From IMG/VR virus record IMGVR_UViG_3300022602_000035: a stretch of DNA of 27,509 bases. The stretch is one strand, 5' to 3'. A model generated the notes under the pieces. The model searched no databases. It was given only the letters and a program-made list of their open reading frames with translations, and was not told the origin of the DNA. This document shows positions 19,673 to 27,509 of this stretch, piece by piece. The first letter of the stretch is position 1. Each line of letters starts with the position of its first letter. The position numbers and the translations under genes were made by a program. Source of the stretch: an uncultured virus (IMG/VR IMGVR_UViG_3300022602_000035). Its lineage: Duplodnaviria > Heunggongvirae > Uroviricota > Caudoviricetes.

Positions 19673-19971
19673 CAGATCGAGTAACTTGTAAAGACTGTGT
19701 GCATAGTATCAGAGGACTTACCCTAAACGAACGTATCGGAAGTTGGTTCTTTGACCCGCCTGGAAAATTCTTAAAATGTCGTCGTACTATCGAAGAAACT
19801 GTAGAACATGACTATGTCACTGGCCGTGATGCTATTGAGCAAAAGATAAGGTATTGTAGCACTGCACGTAAATACGAGGATGAGTGCGGCCCGCAAGGTA
19901 TCCATTGGGTGCCCAAACATAAAAAAGATTTATTCAAACTAATGACAAGGATTGGCAATGAAACTGACTAA
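19669..19971 (+). CDS. hypothetical Cys-rich (possible metal-binding) protein, 100 aa
   Basis: CKDC...C...C...C; start overlaps the upstream stop. Confidence 0.7.
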   Translation: MTDRVTCKDCVHSIRGLTLNERIGSWFFDPPGKFLKCRRTIEETVEHDYVTGRDAIEQKIRYCSTARKYEDECGPQGIHWVPKHKKDLFKLMTRIGNETD

Positions 19972-20248
19972 AGAAGAACTTGTAGCGGCACTTAAAGCAC
20001 ATACATATAATGTTACATTTACCAAAGTAAATGGAGAAGTTCGTACTATGCCTTGTACACTCAACGAAGAAATTGTGCCTAAATATGAGCGCAAAACACC
20101 AGTTAAAGAAGCCACAGAAAAGGAAAAAGCAACACTAAGCGTTTGGTGTATTGACAAAAATGCTTGGCGCAGCTTCCGTGTAGACAGCGTGACTAACCTT
20201 GAATTGTTTACTGCTGATATTGGAAATATGCCCAAAGTAGCAGTATGA
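19958..20248 (+). CDS. WYL-like/Sm-like SH3 beta-barrel protein of T4-like phages
   Basis: VTFTKVNGEVRTMPCTL...VW..DK.AWRSFR; SD AAGGA before ATG 19958. Confidence 0.7.
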   Translation: MKLTKEELVAALKAHTYNVTFTKVNGEVRTMPCTLNEEIVPKYERKTPVKEATEKEKATLSVWCIDKNAWRSFRVDSVTNLELFTADIGNMPKVAV

Positions 20249-21258
20249 TCTATCAGATTAAACAAGGACAACTTGTTGAGTTTGATTCTGGGTATGTAGA
20301 ATATTTAATCAGCAACTACATACCTGATGATAGTATTGTAATACCTAATGCAGAACTTCCCTACGATATTGACTACTGTCAACTTGCTGAACTAATAAAT
20401 CCACACCCAGCTTCTACAATAATATTTGACTGCTCAGGCGATCCTATTGACGTAGAACACCGACTAGAACAGATAGCATCTGCAGGCTTTACTAAACCAT
20501 TTTATATACTGTCTGGCCTATTCAAGTACTATAAGAACCCAGCAATAGATTCACGTATACGATTCTTTCCATTTTGGTGTGTGTGGATGAGCAAACCCTA
20601 TGCTCCGCTGTTGTCTTTAGGTCCGCATACATTTAGTCATGCGACCAAGCAGTATACTGTAAGTTGCCTAAACGGTACCTATTGGAATCATAGAATACTT
20701 ACATATTTGTATCTGTCAGAACAACCTTACTTTAAAGATATCTTGTTTAGTTTTGGACTCAGACCTAGATTTGAAGATCTGGTCAATGAATGTACATTAA
20801 TGGTTGAGGAGCATGATAGATTTAGTAAACTTCCGCATCCCATTCAGTTAGAGAACGACACTGATCAAATCGATGTTACTGTAAATCACCCAGCATACAT
20901 CAATTCTTATATTAATCTAGTCACAGAAACTAATGTACGAGTAAGTACTCCTATGCTCAGTGAAAAATCATTTAAACCTATTGTAGCAGGACAATTGTTT
21001 GTGTTAATTGCTGCACCCGGTGCAGTACAATTTTTACAAGATATAGGCATTGATACGTTTGATGACATAATTGATCATAGCTATGACGCTGTAGTAGATC
21101 ACAGACTGCGTATTCGGCAGGCCATAGACCAAATCAGTCATTTGGTCAGTTTGGACCAAAAAGAATTGTATGATCGAATTAAACCCAGACTAGAACGTAA
21201 TTCGGAATATTTTAGATCGGAAGAATTTAGACAACAATTTTGGTTAAATTTCAGTTGA
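20245..21258 (+). CDS. hypothetical protein, possibly glycosyltransferase-like, 337 aa
   Basis: INLVTET...SEKSFKPI...G.DTFDDIIDHSYD; loosely resembles the C-terminal half of GT-B enzymes. Confidence 0.5.
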   Translation: MIYQIKQGQLVEFDSGYVEYLISNYIPDDSIVIPNAELPYDIDYCQLAELINPHPASTIIFDCSGDPIDVEHRLEQIASAGFTKPFYILSGLFKYYKNPAIDSRIRFFPFWCVWMSKPYAPLLSLGPHTFSHATKQYTVSCLNGTYWNHRILTYLYLSEQPYFKDILFSFGLRPRFEDLVNECTLMVEEHDRFSKLPHPIQLENDTDQIDVTVNHPAYINSYINLVTETNVRVSTPMLSEKSFKPIVAGQLFVLIAAPGAVQFLQDIGIDTFDDIIDHSYDAVVDHRLRIRQAIDQISHLVSLDQKELYDRIKPRLERNSEYFRSEEFRQQFWLNFS

Positions 21259-21283
21259 CAAGGTTGAAGTTTGAGTATATAAT
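21255..21283 (+). promoter_or_regulatory. sigma70 consensus promoter
   Basis: TTGACA-17 bp-TATAAT; the -35 overlaps the upstream TGA stop. Confidence 0.9.
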
Positions 21284-21342
21284 ATATGCTCATGCTTAGG
21301 AAAGCAGTAATACTTTTATTAATCGTTATGGAGAAGTAACAA

Positions 21343-21588
21343 ATGGCAAATTTAGCTAAAGTAACAAATCAAGTAGCATTCTTAGAAAAATACCTACGTG
21401 GTACAGGTAAAACATTAACAGCGGCTCAAGCCAAAGCTAACTACGGTATTGGTAATTTAGCAGCTCGTATGTCAGAATTCCGTAAATGTGGTTTGAATGT
21501 TAAGACTACTGTAAATACTACTGGTAAAACTGCTTACGCAGTTACATCGCGTGATGTTGACGGTAAGCGTTCACGTATTTTTTCTTAA
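21343..21588 (+). CDS. small winged helix-turn-helix DNA-binding protein, 81 aa
   Basis: LT.AQA...YGI.NLAARMSEFR..G.NV pattern; basic; strong SD. Confidence 0.7.
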   Translation: MANLAKVTNQVAFLEKYLRGTGKTLTAAQAKANYGIGNLAARMSEFRKCGLNVKTTVNTTGKTAYAVTSRDVDGKRSRIFS

Positions 21589-21611
21589 TCTAGTTAAGAA
21601 ATTGTAACCAT

Positions 21612-21638
21612 AAAAAAGCCGCATTACGCGGCTTTTTT
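21612..21638. terminator. bidirectional Rho-independent terminator
   Basis: AAAAAAGCCGC-ATTAC-GCGGCTTTTTT between convergent genes. Confidence 0.9.
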
Positions 21639-21639
21639 G

Positions 21640-22050
21640 TTATGTTCCTACTGCTCGAAGTGCTAGATAGGTTCTAGAATTTGGTCTAGTAAGATCAATT
21701 TGTACATATCCAGACAAATCAGGTTCAGTAACTTCTGCGATAGTTACTGTCATGTTATTAGCGGCAATGAACTCATCTGCTTCGGTCTTATTGTTAACAT
21801 CTTCCCATAACGGAATTTGCGTATATGCAGTGGTTTTATAACTGTCAAATAATTCGTTAGTTGGGAAATAATGATCAATAACCAAAGTTAGATCGTCATC
21901 TTCATTACCTTTAATCCAAGTCTGCACAGAAGCAGATTCAAGGGCATTGAAATTTGTAACTAACTGTCCTTCTGACCATGGATAAAGATCAAATGGCCAA
22001 ATTGTACTAATGTTAGGGCGTGTCATTGTTACTCTAATAGAAACAGCCAT
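21640..22050 (-). CDS. hypothetical protein, 136 aa (the only credible minus-strand gene)
   Basis: SD AAGGAG, late-like promoter upstream, terminator downstream, no competing + strand ORF. Confidence 0.8.
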   Translation of the reverse strand: MAVSIRVTMTRPNISTIWPFDLYPWSEGQLVTNFNALESASVQTWIKGNEDDDLTLVIDHYFPTNELFDSYKTTAYTQIPLWEDVNNKTEADEFIAANNMTVTIAEVTEPDLSGYVQIDLTRPNSRTYLALRAVGT

Positions 22051-22072
22051 ATAAAACTCCTTAATTTTATTG

Positions 22073-22080
22073 TATTTATC
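22073..22080 (-). promoter_or_regulatory. T4-late-like promoter (GATAAATA on the minus strand)
   Basis: TATTTATC on the + strand, 22 nt upstream of ATG 22050. Confidence 0.6.
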
Positions 22081-22089
22081 AATAATTGA

Positions 22090-22118
22090 TTGACTTTTAA
22101 CGATTTTGAATGTATAAT
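22090..22118 (+). promoter_or_regulatory. sigma70-type promoter
   Basis: TTGACT-17 bp-TATAAT. Confidence 0.85.
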
Positions 22119-22150
22119 ATGCATGTATTAAACAATAAAGAAAGCGAACA

Positions 22151-22729
22151 ATGACTACACGTTTATACGTAGGGCTTGGAGTAGCAATTTTTGTAGGTAA
22201 TATAATATATGCTCAATACGAAGATACCCGTATTAGTTCAATTGAAAATAATGTTGCTCAAATTGGCAGTGACATTAAAGAAATTAAAGAAGCTGTATTG
22301 GAACAACAACCAACAGCAATTAAATATAACGAAAAGGACATTGAGTGTCTGGCACGCAATGTCTACTATGAAGCAGGTGTAGAGCCGTTAATGGGCAAAT
22401 ACGCTGTGGCCAATGTAACTATTAACCGTGTTAAAAGCGGCTATTGGGGTCGACATGTATGTGATGTAGTCTATGCCAAAGATCAGTTTAGTTGGACACG
22501 AGAGAAAAAACGTGCTTGGGTCGAGTTAAAAGGTGAAGCATGGGCAACCAGTCGTGCAGTAGCAGAGTCTGCACTTAAACAACGTATTGCAGTTAAGCAA
22601 TTGAAACACGCATTATTTTATCATGCAGATTACGTAAATCCTACTTGGCGTGATAACAGCAAAAAAGTTTTAAAAGTAGGACAACATATTTTTTATACAC
22701 AGGCAAAAGGTAGCAATTTATCAATATGA
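22151..22729 (+). CDS. cell wall hydrolase, SleB/Hydrolase_2 family, with N-terminal membrane anchor
   Basis: CLARNVYYEA..E...G..AVA.V..NRV, QFSW, ALFYHADYV.P.W, GQHIFY. Confidence 0.9.
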   Translation: MTTRLYVGLGVAIFVGNIIYAQYEDTRISSIENNVAQIGSDIKEIKEAVLEQQPTAIKYNEKDIECLARNVYYEAGVEPLMGKYAVANVTINRVKSGYWGRHVCDVVYAKDQFSWTREKKRAWVELKGEAWATSRAVAESALKQRIAVKQLKHALFYHADYVNPTWRDNSKKVLKVGQHIFYTQAKGSNLSI

Positions 22730-23193
22730 AATATTTTAGTTACGGAATGAACACAAACCTAGGCAGTATGGCCATGCGTTGTCCTAAGGCACAGAGCCTA
22801 GGTGCCGCAGTATTACCACATTATGAATTTGAATTTAAATCATATGCTACTGTCTCGCCTAAAATGGATAGTGAAACGCACGGTGTTCTTTGGGAAATTA
22901 CAGAAGAATGCGAACGGGCTTTGGACCGACTAGAAGGTTATCCTGTTTATTATAGTAAAATTATTGTTTGGGTCGAGCATGATGGAGAAATAGTTCCATG
23001 TATGACCTACTTGATGTATCCAGAAGAAGAGCTCAACTATCCTAGTGACAGCTATGTTCGCATGCTAGAAGAAGGATACAGCCAACATGGCATCAGCACT
23101 GATCAAATCAACCAAGCATTAATGACTTTAGACTATAATGTTGAGTTGACTTCTCTATCAAATGATAGTAAACTATACACATATAACTACTAA
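22726..23193 (+). CDS. gamma-glutamylcyclotransferase (GGCT/AIG2)-like protein
   Basis: YFSYG.N.N, GVLWEI, LDRLEG.P..Y, PS..Y. Confidence 0.85.
   Translation: MKYFSYGMNTNLGSMAMRCPKAQSLGAAVLPHYEFEFKSYATVSPKMDSETHGVLWEITEECERALDRLEGYPVYYSKIIVWVEHDGEIVPCMTYLMYPEEELNYPSDSYVRMLEEGYSQHGISTDQINQALMTLDYNVELTSLSNDSKLYTYNY
23146..23174 (+). promoter_or_regulatory. sigma70-type promoter inside the 3' end of the GGCT gene
   Basis: TTGACT-17 bp-TAAACT. Confidence 0.65.
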
Positions 23194-23202
23194 AGGATTG
23201 TT

Positions 23203-23433
23203 ATGCCGTACGTAACTGTTGAAGAAGAAGTTTGGGTTGACCTAGATGACTTTGAAACTGAAGATCTAGTTGAAGAACTTACACGACGAAAAGGCACCAC
23301 CAGTGCTACTTGGACTGGTGCCAGTGGCAATGAGTTAGTTAGAGATATCTACATGGCCAAACACGTTCGTGGGCAACCATATGATCATCTAGTAGATGAA
23401 TTAATCAGCACAGTATTAGGGAAGGTAGTATAA
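23203..23433 (+). CDS. hypothetical acidic protein, 76 aa
   Basis: SD AAGGA; TAATG coupling to the next gene. Confidence 0.75.
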   Translation: MPYVTVEEEVWVDLDDFETEDLVEELTRRKGTTSATWTGASGNELVRDIYMAKHVRGQPYDHLVDELISTVLGKVV

Positions 23434-23711
23434 TGTCAGACGATAAAAAACCTAAAATTACCTTTGCACCTAGCTTTTTTGAAACTTTTGAAGGTACCCA
23501 AGAGGAACTCGATGAGCTAATTGCCCAGGTCACACAGGTCTTAGAAGAAAAAATAGCATCAGGTGAGTATGCTGATATTGAACGTACTATTGTTGGTGAG
23601 AAATCCAACATCGATTGGGACGAACTTGATGAACAAGTAGCAAAATTGTCAGACCAATATGGTGTTGATGACAATGGTTTTATTAAATTCCCGTTTCCAA
23701 CAATTCATTAA
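23433..23711 (+). CDS. hypothetical acidic protein, 92 aa
   Basis: Translationally coupled ORF. Confidence 0.75.
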   Translation: MSDDKKPKITFAPSFFETFEGTQEELDELIAQVTQVLEEKIASGEYADIERTIVGEKSNIDWDELDEQVAKLSDQYGVDDNGFIKFPFPTIH

Positions 23712-23720
23712 GGAACTCAT

Positions 23721-24440
23721 ATGGCCACTAAGAAACAAAAAGAAGAGTTAATGCAGACACTTAAATTCACACCACGTGAATATAAAATTGAAATTGGCGC
23801 CTATGGTGGTGAAATTTACTTTGGTACAGTCGACCGTAAAATTTACGAATTCTTTAAAGAAAAGAAAATTGACATTGAACAATGGGCCAGTGACTGGGAT
23901 GACGATAAGTGGTCCGATGTTCCAAGTGAAATGCGTCCGTTCGAGCCAGGTAGTGCTTATGACTGCGATAATCTAGCACATTGTAGTGGAGCAACATTCG
24001 ACAGTGGCAATACCATCACTGTTTATGATGAAAATGGTGACGAAGTTTGGAGTTGTGAGTTAGATGCTGAGACACTAGAAGCTGAAGGTGTTGTTGTTGA
24101 AAATACTGAAGAAGTGTTTATCAACGAACAGCCAGAAGGCACTGTAATATTCTACGGCGCACAAGGTGAAAAGGGTCTATTGTTTGGCAATGACTTTCCG
24201 TTAAAAGCACCATTTGATCCTAAGAAACTTACAATTAACTATGGTGACTTTGATGGTTGGGAAATGGTTACTAATGTCTTGTATGATGGTGAAGACATCG
24301 ACAACTACAACCTAGACACCACAGGCAAGTGGGGCGAAGCCAAATGGGTTATTGTTGGCGATGAAGAAGTCTACGAAGGTGAATATCGCGATGATGTTGA
24401 TAGCGATGAAGACGAGGAAAGCGAAGAGGACGACGAATAA
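23721..24440 (+). CDS. hypothetical highly acidic protein, 239 aa
   Basis: About 64 Asp/Glu by hand count; poly-acidic C-terminal tail; SD AAGGA. Confidence 0.8.
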   Translation: MATKKQKEELMQTLKFTPREYKIEIGAYGGEIYFGTVDRKIYEFFKEKKIDIEQWASDWDDDKWSDVPSEMRPFEPGSAYDCDNLAHCSGATFDSGNTITVYDENGDEVWSCELDAETLEAEGVVVENTEEVFINEQPEGTVIFYGAQGEKGLLFGNDFPLKAPFDPKKLTINYGDFDGWEMVTNVLYDGEDIDNYNLDTTGKWGEAKWVIVGDEEVYEGEYRDDVDSDEDEESEEDDE

Positions 24441-24850
24441 TGTCAGTCTACGTACCTAGTCAGGGTAATTACGGCAATATAACTATTAGTAATCCAGGCG
24501 CCGTAACTGGAGTAGGAGCAAGCACAAATATTATCAGTATCACCAATGGTGGTAGTGGTTATCCGAGTAGCAGTGTGCTAACCGCCACTGGCGCAGGCAC
24601 TACTACTTGGGCCAATAACACTAATACTAAAACTACCGCACGAGGCAAGTTACATTTAGAAGGTGACGATGCCGACATTGTTATGAATGGTGTTAGCCTT
24701 AAAGATCTATTAAATGGTATCACTGATCGTTTGAGTATATTACAGCCCAAACCGGAACTGCTTGAGAAGTATGATAATCTAAGACAGGCCTATGAGCATT
24801 ACAAGACACTAGAAGCATTGTTACACCAAGAGGATGACAATGCAAAATAG
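24440..24850 (+). CDS. hypothetical protein, 136 aa
   Basis: TAATG coupling; low-complexity N-half and helical C-half. Confidence 0.75.
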   Translation: MSVYVPSQGNYGNITISNPGAVTGVGASTNIISITNGGSGYPSSSVLTATGAGTTTWANNTNTKTTARGKLHLEGDDADIVMNGVSLKDLLNGITDRLSILQPKPELLEKYDNLRQAYEHYKTLEALLHQEDDNAK

Positions 24851-25016
24851 GTTGGACATACATGACTTGGAAAAAGCTATGAGTTTAGGTCGCTGGTGTA
24901 GAGATAATTTAGACGAAAATTCGTGGAATATTGAATTACTAAACATGGTACCACCGCACTATAAATTTGAATTTTTAGACCCACATATGACCACCGTAGC
25001 GGCACTTAGCACTTGA
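24840..25016 (+). CDS. hypothetical protein (start 24840 or 24834)
   Basis: SD GAGGA; fills the gap up to the next promoter. Confidence 0.6.
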   Translation: MQNRLDIHDLEKAMSLGRWCRDNLDENSWNIELLNMVPPHYKFEFLDPHMTTVAALST

Positions 25017-25041
25017 CATTTCGATCAACATAATGTATAAT
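25013..25041 (+). promoter_or_regulatory. sigma70 consensus promoter, probably giving a leaderless mRNA
   Basis: TTGACA-17 bp-TATAAT; ATG at 25048. Confidence 0.9.
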
Positions 25042-25047
25042 GATTAA

Positions 25048-25188
25048 ATGAAAAATACAAAAAAGATCAAAATGAAGATACGCAGACATCAAGCACTATT
25101 TGATAGTGCTTTGCCATTTAAACCGCGTGTAGAACGTGACCGTACTAAGTATACACGTAAACAAAAACATCGTAAGGATCAAGAATGA
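25048..25188 (+). CDS. small basic ArfA-like (alternative ribosome-rescue factor-like) protein, 46 aa, absent from the ORF track
   Basis: MKNTKKIKMKIRRHQALFDSALPFKPRVERDRTKYTRKQKHRKDQE; AL...F..RVE...Y.RK.KH pattern as in ArfA; ATGA overlap with the next ORF. Confidence 0.6.
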   Translation: MKNTKKIKMKIRRHQALFDSALPFKPRVERDRTKYTRKQKHRKDQE

Positions 25189-25316
25189 ATTTGACCAGGC
25201 AAGAAGTTTTAGAGATTGCTAAACGGTATAATATGGAATACGTACACGAAACATTCCTTATGCGTTTCGTTGAAGAAATAATTGCCGCTGAAAAGGCAAA
25301 GAATGCCGCAGTATAA
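25185..25316 (+). CDS. hypothetical protein, 43 aa, absent from the ORF track
   Basis: MNLTRQEVLEIAKRYNMEYVHETFLMRFVEEIIAAEKAKNAAV; SD AAGGA; coupled on both sides. Confidence 0.65.
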   Translation: MNLTRQEVLEIAKRYNMEYVHETFLMRFVEEIIAAEKAKNAAV

Positions 25317-25686
25317 TCTAGAAGAGGATATCCGTAATAATCCGGAGATTCTTGCTAAAGTACGTGAACGTGCCAATTATGCACAGAACTTGTATGCGGC
25401 TATGTGTAACATGCGCTGGCAAAAGACAGAAACATTTCCTATTCTAAAGAATGATTTATGGTCGGTTACTTGGCGTAGTGCCGGTGGTGTTATAGCAGAT
25501 CTACGTGGCGAGGGTGATTACTTGGATTGGTACTGTAGTGGGATGGGTGGCGGAATAGGCTACGACACCGAAGAAGACATCCGCCATATGGAACGATATG
25601 GCTTTGTACCAGAAGCCACAGTAACAGAAGAGATACTGCACGATATGAAAAGTTTAGGATGGCACCCTGTGCCTTGGGAAGATTAA
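25303..25686 (+). CDS. hypothetical protein (start revised to ATG 25303)
   Basis: YAQNLYAAMCN...WRSAGG.IAD...DYLDWYCSG. Confidence 0.75.
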   Translation: MPQYNLEEDIRNNPEILAKVRERANYAQNLYAAMCNMRWQKTETFPILKNDLWSVTWRSAGGVIADLRGEGDYLDWYCSGMGGGIGYDTEEDIRHMERYGFVPEATVTEEILHDMKSLGWHPVPWED

Positions 25687-25687
25687 T

Positions 25688-25879
25688 ATGAAAAACGGCA
25701 TTGGCATTTATAGACGTACTGTGGTTAGAAACAAATTAGTTAATGTACCAGACAAATTTAAACCCGTGCTAAGAACACAGCGTGGTACAGAAATTTACTA
25801 CCGCTGGACATGGTGGGGTATTTTTGATCGCAGGTTAAAAACAGTCTGGCATCCAGGCTATAAAGATTGGGAGTTTTAA
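25688..25879 (+). CDS. hypothetical basic protein, 63 aa
   Basis: Tightly packed between neighbours. Confidence 0.65.
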   Translation: MKNGIGIYRRTVVRNKLVNVPDKFKPVLRTQRGTEIYYRWTWWGIFDRRLKTVWHPGYKDWEF

Positions 25880-26719
25880 ATGAGAAATTATTGGACATGT
25901 AGTAAGTTTGCCGATTGGCTACGTGGCACAGCAAAACTTAATAGCGGTACAAGTGAAGAATGGAGTGCTTGGCGTAAACAGGCTAAATCTGCACACCCAT
26001 TCCGTTGGTGGCTAACTGAAGAAGCACTAAGCCAATTAGACGATGCTTGGAACTATGTTCCTAGTAAGATTAACAGTGTACGCTACTACTTAAACAATCG
26101 TTACGAAGCAAAAACACACGCACTGTCAAGTAATCTAAAGAAAGGGCAATGGCATGAGTTCGAAGAACGCTTGCTACACTGCTCATTTGACAGTTTTGTG
26201 GACTTCATTGAAATCGAAACTGCTTGGAGCCACTGTATGTGGAACGAAAAAGATTGTGCAGACTTCAATGTACCGTGGTGGAGACGTCATTGGTGGACTC
26301 GTTGGTTTTTAACATGGCGTTGCCCAGAAGCAGGTGTTGCTCACTTAGAGTGGGAAATGACACTTAAGTTCAACGACGAATGGGTTAAGAAGTCAGATCC
26401 AAACTATGACAAACCTACACCGCAAGCAGAAGCCGCTAAAGAAAAATGGGCATTATACTACTGGTGGAAATATGTTCGTCCGCACCGTGCCGATGTACAT
26501 GATTACTGTGGCTGGACTGCATACTGCGATGATCTTAGAAAAGCTGCAGAAGCCAAGGGTGAAGAATCAGATTGGATCTTTGCTAAATCTGATAAGAAAG
26601 ATAAAAAACGTAGCAAAGAACTATTAGACAAGATGCAGAAGTTAGAAGAGCAGTACGACAATGAAGATGAAGAAATGTTAATTCGTTTAATTAAGTTGAG
26701 GAAATCATTATGGACGTAA
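25880..26719 (+). CDS. hypothetical Trp-rich protein, 279 aa
   Basis: SD GGAG; long ORF. Confidence 0.8.
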   Translation: MRNYWTCSKFADWLRGTAKLNSGTSEEWSAWRKQAKSAHPFRWWLTEEALSQLDDAWNYVPSKINSVRYYLNNRYEAKTHALSSNLKKGQWHEFEERLLHCSFDSFVDFIEIETAWSHCMWNEKDCADFNVPWWRRHWWTRWFLTWRCPEAGVAHLEWEMTLKFNDEWVKKSDPNYDKPTPQAEAAKEKWALYYWWKYVRPHRADVHDYCGWTAYCDDLRKAAEAKGEESDWIFAKSDKKDKKRSKELLDKMQKLEEQYDNEDEEMLIRLIKLRKSLWT

Positions 26720-27021
26720 TCATTGCTATTTGGAATTTTTATTCTACTATTAGTGTAATCTTTACCACATGGATGCTGTTTAATATCATTCGTGCTTATA
26801 AGATAATGAAAAGTGAAGATAAAGCCAAGCCAAAAGAAAATAAGTCTACAAAATTAGTGTATATTGACACTGTTAATGTGGACTTAGTTATGATGTACGA
26901 TCGTGCTACACGTAGTTTTATTGCACAGGCCAATTCGATTGAAGATCTTTGGAAATTAGTTGAAGAACGCTATCCAAACACTAACTTTGTATTAACAGAT
27001 GTTGACAAAACAACAAAATGA
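26710..27021 (+). CDS. hypothetical membrane-anchored protein, 103 aa
   Basis: Hydrophobic N-terminal segment followed by a Lys-rich linker; SD GAGG. Confidence 0.7.
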   Translation: MDVIIAIWNFYSTISVIFTTWMLFNIIRAYKIMKSEDKAKPKENKSTKLVYIDTVNVDLVMMYDRATRSFIAQANSIEDLWKLVEERYPNTNFVLTDVDKTTK

Positions 27022-27030
27022 TTATATACT
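27002..27030 (+). promoter_or_regulatory. sigma70-type promoter
   Basis: TTGACA-17 bp-TATACT. Confidence 0.85.
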
Positions 27031-27058
27031 GCACACATATCATAGTTAGGAGTATTAT

Positions 27059-27472
27059 ATGAGTATGCACATGTTACCGCCTATGTATTCAACTACGGGC
27101 AAGAAAAAAGGCAAAGCTAAGTTTAGAAATGCTGATGCGGCTAATAAAGCACGCCGTAATGCAGAAAGTTGGAACGAAATCTTGGAGAAGTATGATGCTA
27201 AAGTGGTGGTGGAAAAACCTAAGTCGGTTCGAGCAGGATCTAGTAAGAGTGTGGCTCCTTATAGGTCTGATTGGCGTAGCCGTGTTGACCCTAGCCGCCT
27301 TACTGATCATATACCAAGTCGTGACACAGGCCGTGGTGTAGCGGCAAAACCAGCCGACAAAGTCTACACAGGCGATGCTATGATTGGTATTGGCCAACTA
27401 CATAAGTCAAATGGTATTCCTGTATTCCGTCAAGAAGATGCCATTGATGTTAGTAAAATGAGGCGCGGATAA
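27059..27472 (+). CDS. hypothetical basic protein, 137 aa
   Basis: SD AGGAG; C-terminal YTG...GI...HKSN..PV motif that I associate with T4-like phage hypotheticals. Confidence 0.75.
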   Translation: MSMHMLPPMYSTTGKKKGKAKFRNADAANKARRNAESWNEILEKYDAKVVVEKPKSVRAGSSKSVAPYRSDWRSRVDPSRLTDHIPSRDTGRGVAAKPADKVYTGDAMIGIGQLHKSNGIPVFRQEDAIDVSKMRRG

Positions 27473-27473
27473 T

Positions 27474-27509
27474 ATGACCGTTATTGCGTGGGATGGTAAA
27501 ACATTGTCA
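27474..27509 (+). CDS. 5' end of a possible Ntn-hydrolase/proteasome-beta-like protein (MTVIAWDGKTLS...), truncated
   Basis: Only 12 codons visible; Thr2 followed by a hydrophobic beta-strand and DG. Confidence 0.35.
   Translation, partial: MTVIAWDGKTLS

Overview
This window is from a large lytic dsDNA tailed phage (T4-like/jumbo myovirus style), read with the standard genetic code and almost entirely on the + strand. From left to right it holds: small hypothetical genes; a circularly permuted (two-piece) tmRNA gene with an unusually long 28-aa tag; a PD-(D/E)XK-like nuclease; a complete bacterial-type groES-groEL pair behind a ROSE-like leader; about 11 kb of late tail-fibre/structural genes (two with C-terminal autocleaving chaperone-like domains, one with a 117-bp tandem repeat); a B12-binding radical SAM and SGNH-like pair; ATP-dependent DNA ligase; and many small early genes, including an SleB-like cell-wall hydrolase and a GGCT-like protein. 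Two promoter classes are visible: nine near-consensus sigma70 promoters and several T4-late-like TAAATA boxes. The most notable signal is a possible phage ribosome-rescue/proteostasis kit. It consists of the two-piece tmRNA, a 46-aa leaderless ArfA-like ORF (25048-25188) missed by the ORF track, GroESL and, at the window edge, a possible Ntn-protease. All family assignments come from motif recognition by eye, not database searches.
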